Positions 45,755 to 55,374 of a stretch of 60,396 nucleotides of DNA are shown in pieces (position 1 is the first letter of the stretch; each line of letters starts with the position of its first letter). The DNA is from a virus (lineage: Duplodnaviria > Caudoviricetes), in IMG/VR virus record IMGVR_UViG_3300037848_000009, positions 1 through 60,396 of that record. One strand, given 5' to 3'. A model generated the notes under the pieces. The model did not search any database. It saw only the letters and a program-made list of their open reading frames with translations, and was not told the DNA's origin. The translations under genes were made by a program, and so were the position numbers.

Positions 45755-46357
45755 TTACATCCTCGATTCAGTTACATCCTTTTGCCCCTGGTACTTGCCT
45801 TTCTTGTCCGCATATGACACCTCACACATCACAGCAGCCCGCCAGAACTGCACCTGTGCAATACCCTCACCAATGTGGATAACTGACGCCAGTGGCGCGG
45901 TATTGCTAATTTCGATGGTAACGTGACCTTCCCATTCGGGTTCGAGCGGAGTCACGTTAACAATGGTGCCATTGCGGGCATACGTGCTCTTCCCCAACAC
46001 TGTGCATGTTACATCACGCGGGATGCGGAAACGCTCTACAGAGCGCCCCAGCACAAACGAATATGGTGGCATAACTAAGAAAATCGGCTTCTCATTTGCC
46101 TGGTAGACATACGGGTCTGTAATATATGGGAGGTCCTGATCATATACCTGCACGTCAACCCATTGTGCCAATTCGGGCCGTTTTGGGTCGAGTGCCATTC
46201 CTCGCTGGGGATAACGAAATATAGAGTCAATCCGCATATCATAGCCATAGGACGTAAGTCCATATGATACAGCCGGAGTTCCTACAGATTCGCTACACGG
46301 CGTTATCATGCCGCCACGGGCGAGTGCTCGAATTTGATGATCTGCTAGTGGTGTCAT
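45755..46357 (-). CDS. dcd: dCTP deaminase
   Basis: SYGLTSYGYD, GKSTYAR, TPLEPEWEG, YQGQ. Confidence 0.95.
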   Translation of the reverse strand: MTPLADHQIRALARGGMITPCSESVGTPAVSYGLTSYGYDMRIDSIFRYPQRGMALDPKRPELAQWVDVQVYDQDLPYITDPYVYQANEKPIFLVMPPYSFVLGRSVERFRIPRDVTCTVLGKSTYARNGTIVNVTPLEPEWEGHVTIEISNTAPLASVIHIGEGIAQVQFWRAAVMCEVSYADKKGKYQGQKDVTESRM

Positions 46358-46400
46358 ATTCCCCTCTCTTTTCTGATGGCGTTATTCCCCAGGATCACGG

Positions 46401-46694
46401 TTACCCCTCCACATTCTTCAAAAATGCCCGTATATCCGCCAGGGTGTCCATATCAAGTGCAAAGCCGCCCTCCCAGCCAGTGACCACGCGCCCCAACAAA
46501 TCCAGCGCATACTCGAGGTTGTCGTTGCTGCTATAATGCCCCTGCAGCGCTCTTTGCACATCCCCGCGCAGGTGTGGGTGGGCATTGGTCCACCCGTCAA
46601 TGTCTTGCACGCTGGCAAGTTCTGCCAGCAGGTCTTGCAGCGCGGCCCGCTCCGCTCGTGGCTCAATCGTGTTCAGTTCTTCCTCAGTCAACAT
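46401..46694 (-). CDS. Hypothetical protein
   Basis: In operon; N-terminus paralogous to next gene. Confidence 0.6.
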   Translation of the reverse strand: MLTEEELNTIEPRAERAALQDLLAELASVQDIDGWTNAHPHLRGDVQRALQGHYSSNDNLEYALDLLGRVVTGWEGGFALDMDTLADIRAFLKNVEG

Positions 46695-47049
46695 CTCGAA
46701 ACATCTCCAATTCTTCCATCAGATCACTCGGTAGGCGGTACATATCAGTCAGTTTCATCTCATTGGCGACACGATACACCAGCGACTGCAGACGGGTATT
46801 CTCTTGCTGCAATTCGCGGATATGCGCCAGCAACGCGGGCACGTCTCGACGAGCGTGCGCGATGAATGCTGCGTTGTTCTGGCTGTTCTTGCCACCCTGG
46901 ATAGGATAGGCCAGCAATTCTTGTGTGACAGGGTTCCCGATAGGGTACAGCAACATTGTTTTGGGGTGATACTCTGCCATTGCCCACGGCCCTGACGTTG
47001 CTGCGTTCACTCGTGCCTCTATCGCGTTCAGTTCTTCTTCACTCATCAA
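46684..47049 (-). CDS. Ead/Ea22-like protein
   Basis: AATSGPW..NAAFIAHARRDVPALL. Confidence 0.7.
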   Translation of the reverse strand: MMSEEELNAIEARVNAATSGPWAMAEYHPKTMLLYPIGNPVTQELLAYPIQGGKNSQNNAAFIAHARRDVPALLAHIRELQQENTRLQSLVYRVANEMKLTDMYRLPSDLMEELEMFRDVD

Positions 47050-47341
47050 TCGCTCCTATTACTCGTAATGCATCATCTTCTGATAGCACGACGTGATACC
47101 CCACGCCGTGACGAGCAAGCGCGGCCTGTTGCTCTTGCTCATTCGGTGTCAATTGGCGTTCGGATGGCGGTTTGCTACCGTCCTTGACCTCTATAATATA
47201 TATTTTCCCACGATAGGCCACGAGCAGATCAAATCCCAATGTGGGGGCCGCTGCTGCGTCTATAACATGCGCACCAACCTGGCGCAAAAGGCGCGCAATC
47301 ACGGCGTGGTTGGCATCCTTACGGTTAGCGCGGCGTGCCAT
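47039..47341 (-). CDS. PD-(D/E)xK nuclease (VRR-NUC-like)
   Basis: DANH..GFDLLV..IEVKDG..LTPNE. Confidence 0.82.
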   Translation of the reverse strand: MARRANRKDANHAVIARLLRQVGAHVIDAAAAPTLGFDLLVAYRGKIYIIEVKDGSKPPSERQLTPNEQEQQAALARHGVGYHVVLSEDDALRVIGAIDE

Positions 47342-47528
47342 GGCGAAGCTCCTTTACTATGCGCTCATTTTGCTCCTGCTCCTGCTCCTGCTTCCATTTT
47401 TGATACTCCTGAAAATCGCGTGGACCTGGTTCGAACGGTCCCAACAGATATTTGCCCAGCGCCAGGAAAAACACCATTTGGGTGACGGGCGACAGGTCGG
47501 CTTCGGGTTTCATGTTGAATTTACTCAT
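47325..47528 (-). CDS. Hypothetical protein
   Basis: GGAGG RBS. Confidence 0.5.
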   Translation of the reverse strand: MSKFNMKPEADLSPVTQMVFFLALGKYLLGPFEPGPRDFQEYQKWKQEQEQEQNERIVKELRHGTPR

Positions 47529-47550
47529 TGGGCCTCCATTACCCGCCGCA

Positions 47551-47745
47551 TCAACAGCGGCGGAACTGCATTACCACATCCTGCACAGGCGCTATGAGCA
47601 TCTGTGTATCAGGCAGGTTGCGTGTGTGCCATTCCGCTATGGCGGCGTCATATTCGACCGCCCATAGCGGCGTATAGCCTGCCTGAAGCGCGCCAATGTC
47701 CGCACCGCCGCCGCCGCTAAAAAGTGAGGCAAAAGTAGGCATCAC
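47551..47745 (-). pseudogene. Truncated C5-cytosine methyltransferase
   Basis: SLFSGGGG and AVEYD motifs only; stops before the PC motif. Confidence 0.78.
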
Positions 47746-48785
47746 GCGGACTCTTCTCCAAACATCGGCAACATCTGTTGTGCGAGCCTGCCCACAATCG
47801 TCTCGCAGTATCCTGCGTCCATTTCGACACCGATAGACCGCCGCCCCAGGTCACGAGCAGCAACCAGGGTTGTGCCGGAGCCTGCGAAACAATCCAGGAT
47901 TACCGCGCCGGGGCGCGTGCTTGTCTCGATAATATCCATCATCATTGCAAGTGGCTTTTGTGTCGGGTGCTTGCCTGGATACGGTGCAACTGTGTGATAA
48001 TGCCACATGTCCTCACGATGGCGGGGCATCGCCTGAAACGGGCGGCGGAGGTCCTCGTACTCGCGGCGGAGGTCCTCGTACTCGCGGCGGAGGTAGTCGC
48101 CTGGTCTGTTTTGGTTCAGTAACTCGCGCAACCGTTGGTATGTTTCGGCTGTTGGTAAACTGCTACCCTCTTCCCACCGATAACACAACGCGGTGCCTTG
48201 TGTTGGGTCTTTGCTTGATACAAAACCTAATGCCACTTCAACTTCGCGGCGGGTCAATCCGGCGCGCTCGCGTTCTTGTTTAATATACGCACCAACAACA
48301 TTGCCATACACTTGTTTGTGTAGTTCGCGGCATTGACTACCATAACCTGCCCATTCATCGGCCACACTATCGCTCCCGTACTGCTCAGCAAAAATACACG
48401 CCTCCCAGGGTGACAGGTACGACCGCAGTGCATCGGTTTGCGCTTTCTGGTGCCACCCATCGCGCTTGTACCATCTGATGTTATTTAGTACGGCAAAATA
48501 CTCAGCAATCAGCAACTCAATGTGTGTGGACATATCCGGCGATGCAAAACAGTATACGCAACCGTTTGGCACCAACACCCGCCGCCACTCTGCGACAATT
48601 GTGCGCAACCAGTCCAGATAATGCGCCCGCTTTGCCCACTGCCTATCCCAGTCGTCATCTTTAACTTTATAGTACGGCGGGTCGGTCACTACCGCATGCA
48701 CACTTGCATCGGGCAACGTGCGCAATACGTCCAGTGCATCGCCGTGGTAGAGCGTGATGTGATTGTCAGTGTGGTATGGTTTCAT
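47742..48785 (-). CDS. N6/N4 DNA methyltransferase with inserted HTH
   Basis: TDPPY, HPTQKP, DCFAGSG; ERERAGLT..RWEEG HTH; 21-bp tandem repeat at 48042-48093. Confidence 0.92.
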   Translation of the reverse strand: MKPYHTDNHITLYHGDALDVLRTLPDASVHAVVTDPPYYKVKDDDWDRQWAKRAHYLDWLRTIVAEWRRVLVPNGCVYCFASPDMSTHIELLIAEYFAVLNNIRWYKRDGWHQKAQTDALRSYLSPWEACIFAEQYGSDSVADEWAGYGSQCRELHKQVYGNVVGAYIKQERERAGLTRREVEVALGFVSSKDPTQGTALCYRWEEGSSLPTAETYQRLRELLNQNRPGDYLRREYEDLRREYEDLRRPFQAMPRHREDMWHYHTVAPYPGKHPTQKPLAMMMDIIETSTRPGAVILDCFAGSGTTLVAARDLGRRSIGVEMDAGYCETIVGRLAQQMLPMFGEESA

Positions 48786-49381
48786 AGTGTGTCCTCCACT
48801 TGGGCCACAGCGTCAAACAGGGGCATCTGCCCATCGGGGCGGCGATGAATGGTCACGAACGTCAACGGCGATCCGATACTCAACCCGAACGTGTACCAGC
48901 AAGTTGGAAACTGCGCACCGTTGCCACTCCAGCCCGCGTTGGGCATCTTGAAGTTGATACGCTTGTCGGGCATCAGGATTTCGATACCGTACTGCCTGAA
49001 CAGGCGTTGCGCGGTGCTGGCGGCGATCATCTCGACGGGCATCAACAGCGCAAAGGGCTTGCCAAGCGCGTAACAGCGTGCCAACCAGTCGTATTTGATG
49101 CTGTAGGGTGGGTTGGTGACGATCACTGTCCAGTCTATCGGCGGCTCGTAGTGGAAAAAGTTCTGCCCGGTCAGGATGTCCGACTGCGCCACCGCGTAGC
49201 CGTGGTCGTAGAGCGCCGAGGACAGGTACGCCTCGCCTGCGGCTGGCTCCCAGATGACCGTCTGCTCATCTGGCGGTGGCAGGTAGGGCAGCAGGGGGTC
49301 GAGCGCATATGTCGGAGTCTGGCAGCGGTCAATCAGACTGCTCTTATCGGGCGTGCCTGTGTGGTTGCGTTTGGGTTTCAT
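48782..49381 (-). CDS. Small amino-DNA methyltransferase
   Basis: TP, WEPAAG, TNPPY. Confidence 0.82.
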   Translation of the reverse strand: MKPKRNHTGTPDKSSLIDRCQTPTYALDPLLPYLPPPDEQTVIWEPAAGEAYLSSALYDHGYAVAQSDILTGQNFFHYEPPIDWTVIVTNPPYSIKYDWLARCYALGKPFALLMPVEMIAASTAQRLFRQYGIEILMPDKRINFKMPNAGWSGNGAQFPTCWYTFGLSIGSPLTFVTIHRRPDGQMPLFDAVAQVEDTL

Positions 49382-50289
49382 AGTGTGTCCTCCACGCCTA
49401 TCATCAGCAGCGGATTGTGCTCTGCATCCTCTGCTGCCTGATCAGTGCAGTCAGAGCAAAACGCAAACATATCCATCTGCTCACTGGCAACGCGAAGTTG
49501 CTTCTTGCAGCCGCCCCAGGTAGCGCACAGGCCGCGCCGTGCGCATTCGGCAGCCAGCGCGTCAATGCGTGCAGCGAAGTCGGGATAATGATGGCGTATC
49601 TGCTCAAGGCGCGCCGCGCCACCATTGCCCGCGCCGCACTCGCATTCGCCAGAATGTCCCAGGAGCACCGACACGGGGTTGCGTTCGATACCGTGCTGCT
49701 CGAAATACGACAGCAGATCGGCGTGCGTCCAGTGGATGACGGGGTTGGCCCATGTCATGGTGCCTCTGCGTTCATACTCTGGCCTGTTTTTTCGTTTGCG
49801 GCTCTCAGCGCGCCGCATGCCTGTCGCCAGTAAAACATGTAGCCCTCCCCATTGTTCACGCTTGTACCGTTGGAAACTGTATTGCTTCAGGTCGGTATAG
49901 ACGATGCCATGCCCCTGGCCAGACACAAAGCCGCGCCATATACCTAACACTAGGGCTTCGTATATCTTCGGATTTGGCGTGCCATCCTCATACGTGTTCT
50001 CTGCTGCACGATAGATATACAGCGGAAAGCCGTGCTCCTGACAATGCCTGACCACATACTCTTGCGTGTCTGGTATGCCGATGCCGGTATCGAGGTGCAG
50101 TACCTCGAACCGATAACCGTGTTCACGGGCAAACCGGGCCGCAATGTGCAATGTTGCAAGGCTATCATCGCCGCCGGAGAATGCAGCAGTGATGACCTCT
50201 GGTTGCCGCTCGGCACACGCTGCTGCCAGTATCTCATCTGGCGTTCGTTGTGGGTTGCCGTTCAGGTCAAGTTGTGTGTAGCTCATCAC
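49378..50289 (-). CDS. PAPS reductase/PP-loop family protein
   Basis: AFSGGDDS, DTG, GMRRAES, SGECEC. Confidence 0.88.
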   Translation of the reverse strand: MMSYTQLDLNGNPQRTPDEILAAACAERQPEVITAAFSGGDDSLATLHIAARFAREHGYRFEVLHLDTGIGIPDTQEYVVRHCQEHGFPLYIYRAAENTYEDGTPNPKIYEALVLGIWRGFVSGQGHGIVYTDLKQYSFQRYKREQWGGLHVLLATGMRRAESRKRKNRPEYERRGTMTWANPVIHWTHADLLSYFEQHGIERNPVSVLLGHSGECECGAGNGGAARLEQIRHHYPDFAARIDALAAECARRGLCATWGGCKKQLRVASEQMDMFAFCSDCTDQAAEDAEHNPLLMIGVEDTL

Positions 50290-50516
50290 TCACTCCCCTC
50301 CACTTGCTCCCGTAGTTGTTCCACAGCACGCGGCAAGCTATACCACGGCGGGACATCATCATTGTCTAGCGTCCAGTATGGTGCCGTAGGCGTCTTGATA
50401 CCGAGTGTAGCAGCAAGGTGCTGCAATTCGACGTACAAGGCGCGACGCTGCTCGGCCCGCGCTGCCAGTTCGGGCTGGTCGGGGTAGTAGCGTTGTGGAA
50501 GTCTGCGGCGTGCCAT
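50286..50516 (-). CDS. Hypothetical protein
   Basis: Coupled to primase. Confidence 0.6.
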   Translation of the reverse strand: MARRRLPQRYYPDQPELAARAEQRRALYVELQHLAATLGIKTPTAPYWTLDNDDVPPWYSLPRAVEQLREQVEGSE

Positions 50517-50517
50517 C

Positions 50518-53121
50518 TCACTCTCCTTGCTGCCGTTTCAATGCGGCGTTACGTGCATCTTCTTCAGTCGCGTAGGCAATGCCATCGATGTAGGTCATCT
50601 GCCCATCTGCGCTTTGCTCACAGACATACCAACCCTCGCTGTCATTCCCGTAGATCACCATCGGTGGGGTTACGGGTACTTCTGGTACTTCGGGTACTTT
50701 CAAGGACACTTCACTTTCACTCTGTACATGCGCGCGCGCGTACATGCGCGCGTTACTGTGTATAGAAGCACCCGAAGTACCCGTAATATCGACGGGAATA
50801 AGGCGATACATATTGCCTTTTGTGGCTGTGTTTTTTGCCTTCTCGATGCGGTATTGTGTGCCTTCAATGGTATACACTGCATCAACCTGGCTGTTGAGCA
50901 AGTACCCGAGAGACTGAAGGCGCTTACGCTCGGTGTCGCCCTTGACCGGCAGGTCTATGTCGCGTATTGCTTCACAGACCTGCCCGGCAGACACCCATGC
51001 ATTACCGAACTCCTCATGCCAGAGTGTAAAAAATGCCCGCCACATATTAATGCGCTCGTTGTCACTTTCAATCCTCTGGATCGCATTTTCTAGAAATGTG
51101 TCAATACCGCACGATGCAAGGATTTTGCTCATCACTGCGCAGTATTTCGTGAATGAACCAAGTCGGGGAGTTGTTGCACGAACGGTACTGGATAGGCTAT
51201 ACTGAATAATGGTCAGGCATGCCTGGATTAATTGCACACGATGGTCATATACCCACTGCACAATGTCGAAGTGTCGAAAATTGTTCCGCAGCGCTGGTTG
51301 TTCACAATCTGCTACCAGACGAATAGGCACAACACGGCGCGGCATATCACCGGATACAGATACATTATTCCCGGTTGCAATCCAGATGGTATACACTGGT
51401 ACATCCGCAATACGCCCGGTGCCTATCACGCGATCTGACCAGTGCTGTGCTGTGATGGCCTTTTCGAGTTGCGCAGAATTGATATAACGTACGTTGTCAT
51501 AGGTGATCGAGAGCGGCATATGCTCAAGCGCGCTGGTCAAGCTTTTGCGTACCTCCTCATCATTATCAGCTAATGAGGACAACGGGGCGGGCGCGTTTGT
51601 CCAGATAATATGAAACAGGTCGTTCAGTAGTCCTTTGCCTGTACCCTCGCGGGCCGCTTCAATCAGATGTAATGGCGTCGCGCCACGAATAGCGCCGCGC
51701 ACAAACGGCAGGAGTAGCAGCGCCAGCGCGTTAGCATAGTCGGCATGTGTTTTAAATGGGAAATCAACGAGCATATCATCAATCAGCCTCATCGCCTCAC
51801 TCACGTGCTGATCGGAGCATTCCCCAGGAATATCGATATCAATTTCGGGCTTATAATAATAGCCGCTTTGTTGATCGTAGCCCGGTATTTTGACAATATG
51901 CCCCTGCGGCGCAACCACAGGAATAGCAATAATCCGCTCTATGGCAGGCAGATCGGGCATACCATAGCGCATACTGTCAACGATAGACGCAGGCGGCGCA
52001 ACAAAGCGGATTTTTGTATTCTTTCCCGTGCCCACGTCCTTCGGAAACAACGCGACATTGCCCAGCAGATACCGCATATTCCTACGGTCAATCGACTCGA
52101 TCTTGTTGTCAACAATGCGATAGAGCTCACTCCCCATTGTGTATAGTTGCGGGCCGTATTCGCTCCCGATCAGCGCGCTCCACGCCGCTGGCACCAGTTC
52201 TGCTATATCCTCATTGGTAACATCAATAACCGGCCTGTCGTCGCCCTGATCGCCATTGCTATGGCTGTTGTCGTCGCCCTGCGGTTCGTCGCGTGCCTGT
52301 TCGGGCACGCGGTATCTGCTGTGGTTATCCTCTGGTAACCCGGCATACTCAGGCGTGCCACCGCTGCGAGCGCTGGCGATGGTGCCGGAAATCTCCTTTT
52401 CGGGCAGTCCTTTTTGTCGCGCCATTGTTTCGATTTCAGTAAAAACGCTCTCGGGTAATCGGCCTGCCAAAACAAATTCATTCACGCGCCGCGCAACCTT
52501 GAATAATGTGGCGTTGCGCGTGCCGTTCTGGCAGCGCGCCAGTTCTGTCAGTTCTGCATTGAGCGCCGTTTCTGCGTATAAATCTTCAGTATTGGCACTG
52601 CCTTTCCTCCGGGGCGCAGGTTGCTTCTGTCGCTCTCGTTCTGGCTTGCGCGTCACCCACGCGGGCAGCGGTGCCAGGTCGATATCATTCTCCCAGGCAT
52701 ACACGACGCCAGAGGGATGCACCGATGGCGCAGCGACAATATAGCCGCCATCCCCGCGTACATCCAACCCTGTTATGCCGCGTATTGCAGCGCGATTGCG
52801 TATCTCGCCGCCAGGGTGCTGATACACTCGGTGCTTGCCGTGCGCGGTGGCCTGGGTCAGCGTGGGTGCGTCGCCTTGCAGGGTGACATATTCTTCGGCC
52901 TCTGGATTATCGGTATCAACAACCACAATGCCGGATACTGCGCCAGTTGCAATGCCGATGTTATAACGCGGATTGCGCTCCCACCAGGCGCGTATCTGGT
53001 CGGGGTCGGCGGTGGCGTCTTTGAAGCCCTGTCCTGTGGCAGGTATTTTGCCGCGTGGCTTCAGAGGAAAAACACGCCATCCACGCGCGGCGTAGGCGAG
53101 TGCTGAGTCTAGGAAAGTCAT
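50518..53121 (-). CDS. Bifunctional primase-polymerase fused to a helicase-like ATPase
   Basis: GWRVFPL, NIGIATG..VVDTD, H, DVRGDGGYIVAAPS; GTGKG, YDN, ATGNN. Confidence 0.92.
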   Translation of the reverse strand: MTFLDSALAYAARGWRVFPLKPRGKIPATGQGFKDATADPDQIRAWWERNPRYNIGIATGAVSGIVVVDTDNPEAEEYVTLQGDAPTLTQATAHGKHRVYQHPGGEIRNRAAIRGITGLDVRGDGGYIVAAPSVHPSGVVYAWENDIDLAPLPAWVTRKPERERQKQPAPRRKGSANTEDLYAETALNAELTELARCQNGTRNATLFKVARRVNEFVLAGRLPESVFTEIETMARQKGLPEKEISGTIASARSGGTPEYAGLPEDNHSRYRVPEQARDEPQGDDNSHSNGDQGDDRPVIDVTNEDIAELVPAAWSALIGSEYGPQLYTMGSELYRIVDNKIESIDRRNMRYLLGNVALFPKDVGTGKNTKIRFVAPPASIVDSMRYGMPDLPAIERIIAIPVVAPQGHIVKIPGYDQQSGYYYKPEIDIDIPGECSDQHVSEAMRLIDDMLVDFPFKTHADYANALALLLLPFVRGAIRGATPLHLIEAAREGTGKGLLNDLFHIIWTNAPAPLSSLADNDEEVRKSLTSALEHMPLSITYDNVRYINSAQLEKAITAQHWSDRVIGTGRIADVPVYTIWIATGNNVSVSGDMPRRVVPIRLVADCEQPALRNNFRHFDIVQWVYDHRVQLIQACLTIIQYSLSSTVRATTPRLGSFTKYCAVMSKILASCGIDTFLENAIQRIESDNERINMWRAFFTLWHEEFGNAWVSAGQVCEAIRDIDLPVKGDTERKRLQSLGYLLNSQVDAVYTIEGTQYRIEKAKNTATKGNMYRLIPVDITGTSGASIHSNARMYARAHVQSESEVSLKVPEVPEVPVTPPMVIYGNDSEGWYVCEQSADGQMTYIDGIAYATEEDARNAALKRQQGE
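50671..50786. repeat. Inverted CGGGTACTT iterons inside the primase 3' end; putative origin
   Basis: 3 direct copies at 50673-50699, 2 inverted at 50766-50783, CATGCGCGCG core. Confidence 0.75.
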
Positions 53122-53129
53122 AGGTGCTC

Positions 53130-55304
53130 CTATGCAATATCAGGACTGCTCAATGCTATCAGGCGCTCTGCAAGTGCCGTTCGGCGGCTATCCTCTCTGA
53201 TATTGTTCACTGCCTTTTGCACTGCTGCTCTCTCGCCGATGATAATACCTAACTGCTTCCCCCTGGTAACAGCGGTATAAAGTAATCGCCGCGTAAGCAT
53301 AAACTGATGCACGCTATGCGCTACCACAATTGCGCAGGGGTACTCGCTGCCTTGCGCTTTGTGAACGGTCACAGCATAGCCGTGCGTAGCCGTCAATTCA
53401 TCTAGTGGTATGCCGGTTGACACATCGAGATCAATAAGTGTTTTCCTGTTATCCTGGTAAATGCTCTCAACGCGGCATTCCTCGCCATTAACCAGGCCAC
53501 GATCCAGGTTGTTGGCAGTCCAGATCAATTTATCGCCTTCACGCAAGATTCTATCAAACCAGCGCACTTCATTCTTATCGAATGATTGTTCGTTTAACAC
53601 TGCCTGAAGTTCAACGTTTAACGCCTCGATACCACAGGCGTGCTTGTATTGCGGCGCAATCACCGTGATCTCACCAGGCTCTATACTGTATTTCTCAGGT
53701 ATCGCGTTGGTGATAAGTCGCAATATATGCTCTGCTACTTTCTCAGGCTGTGTTACCTCAAAGAGAAACATATCACTATCAGGATCGTTATCCAGGTCGG
53801 GCATCGTACCATCATTGATACTATGGCTTGTCGATATGATCTTACTTTCGCCAGCCTGCCGTAGCACTTGCGTGAGCCGCGCCATGGGCACATCGGCACT
53901 GATCAGATCAAACAGGACGCGCCCCGGCCCTACCGATGGCAACTGGTTGTCATCGCCAACAAAGATCAGATGGCACTGATCGGGCAATGCATTGACCAGC
54001 CACTCTGCAACCTGGGTATCAAGCATCGATGCCTCATCAACAATGACCACATCAGGATCAGGGTCATTTTTCATCAACCAATTGACCAGACGATGTACTG
54101 TTGTGGCCTGCATACCGCTCGTTTCACTCAGTCGCTTTGCTGCCTTGCCCGTAGGAGCGCAGAGGTCAATACGTTTTACACCTGCACGATGCAGCGCGTC
54201 AAGCACCAGGCGTTGTACTGTCGATTTGCCAACACCGGCACCTCCAGCGAGTACACTTACCTTATTCTCCAGGAGAAACCGCACTGCCTCTTGCTGCTCA
54301 TCAGTCGGCTTGAATGTGGCATTATCAAAGATGGCTTGCCAGTCGAGCGTTTTGATATTACTGGCAATGTGGCTATGACCTGTCATTAGGCGATGCAGAC
54401 CATGCGCAAGTTGCTGTTCTGTTCGTAGCATCTCAGGGGTATAGCAGCGCTGCTGCTCATCGATCACGAGCAACGCATTACTAGCGCGCTCCTGGTTCAT
54501 CAGGGCATCCATGATCTTATGGCTCGGCAATCCGAGCATATCACTTGCCGCTGCCAGTACAGTATCTTTGCCCGTCCATGTATGCCCGTTGCTTTCCTCT
54601 TTGCTGGCAATATGCTTACACGCAGCTTCGAGCCGTCGCGGGTCATCTGCCGCAACACCCATGGCCTCTGCTATGGCGTCGGCTGTTTTCCAGCCAACGC
54701 GCGGCGCATTCATCAGGTAATAGGGGTCGTCGTTTGCAATTTGCCCCAGCGTTGCGCCCTGGCCTCTCGCCCATTCATTGAGGCGAGCGATCATCTTTGT
54801 GCCAACACCTGCAACGCCAATCAGCAACCGCTCAGTATCCTTCTCTGCTACGCTGCATTGCCACTCAGTAAGAAATTGCGCTGCTGTGGATTGGTCAATG
54901 CCGATTGCAGTCAACTGCTCGGGCGTGGCAGTATCCAACACGCCACGCAATTCCGGGCCGTATTGAGTGACGATCTTGTTTGCGTCTTCGAACTCCAGTG
55001 CATAGGTATCAGTAAGATACCGGAGCACTCCCAGGCGATCACGCGGCATCGTTTCTACCACGCCAGAGAGTTCGTAGCTATCGCCATAGCGAGGGTGCGT
55101 CTTAAGGGCGCCGTAGGCTTCATAGCTGCGCCCTAGATCGCAATTTGGAAAGGTGCCCTTAAAATCAATAATACGATTGGTTAGATCGCCTTCCTCTACC
55201 CGTGCCCTGCCGATCACAAAACCATCGCGCTCGAACTTGATTGAGGTAACAGAGAACACTTTCAGATGCACCTGCTGCTGTTGCTGTGTCTTTGTGGTTG
55301 CCAT
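53130..55304 (-). CDS. recD2: RecD2-like SF1B helicase
   Basis: HhH repeats, GGAGVGKS, APTGKAA, DEASM, GDDNQLPSVG, HKAQGSEY, YTAVTR. Confidence 0.93.
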   Translation of the reverse strand: MATTKTQQQQQVHLKVFSVTSIKFERDGFVIGRARVEEGDLTNRIIDFKGTFPNCDLGRSYEAYGALKTHPRYGDSYELSGVVETMPRDRLGVLRYLTDTYALEFEDANKIVTQYGPELRGVLDTATPEQLTAIGIDQSTAAQFLTEWQCSVAEKDTERLLIGVAGVGTKMIARLNEWARGQGATLGQIANDDPYYLMNAPRVGWKTADAIAEAMGVAADDPRRLEAACKHIASKEESNGHTWTGKDTVLAAASDMLGLPSHKIMDALMNQERASNALLVIDEQQRCYTPEMLRTEQQLAHGLHRLMTGHSHIASNIKTLDWQAIFDNATFKPTDEQQEAVRFLLENKVSVLAGGAGVGKSTVQRLVLDALHRAGVKRIDLCAPTGKAAKRLSETSGMQATTVHRLVNWLMKNDPDPDVVIVDEASMLDTQVAEWLVNALPDQCHLIFVGDDNQLPSVGPGRVLFDLISADVPMARLTQVLRQAGESKIISTSHSINDGTMPDLDNDPDSDMFLFEVTQPEKVAEHILRLITNAIPEKYSIEPGEITVIAPQYKHACGIEALNVELQAVLNEQSFDKNEVRWFDRILREGDKLIWTANNLDRGLVNGEECRVESIYQDNRKTLIDLDVSTGIPLDELTATHGYAVTVHKAQGSEYPCAIVVAHSVHQFMLTRRLLYTAVTRGKQLGIIIGERAAVQKAVNNIREDSRRTALAERLIALSSPDIA

Positions 55305-55374
55305 AGTTGCCCCATGCAATACAAGTGCCTGCAATAAATACAATATGTTTATTGCAGGCACATACACTTAAAAC

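Noticed and set aside
53130-55304. RecD as the type IV-D accessory helicase
   Set aside because: It lies 12 kb from the cas genes, next to the primase, and has full RecD2 architecture.
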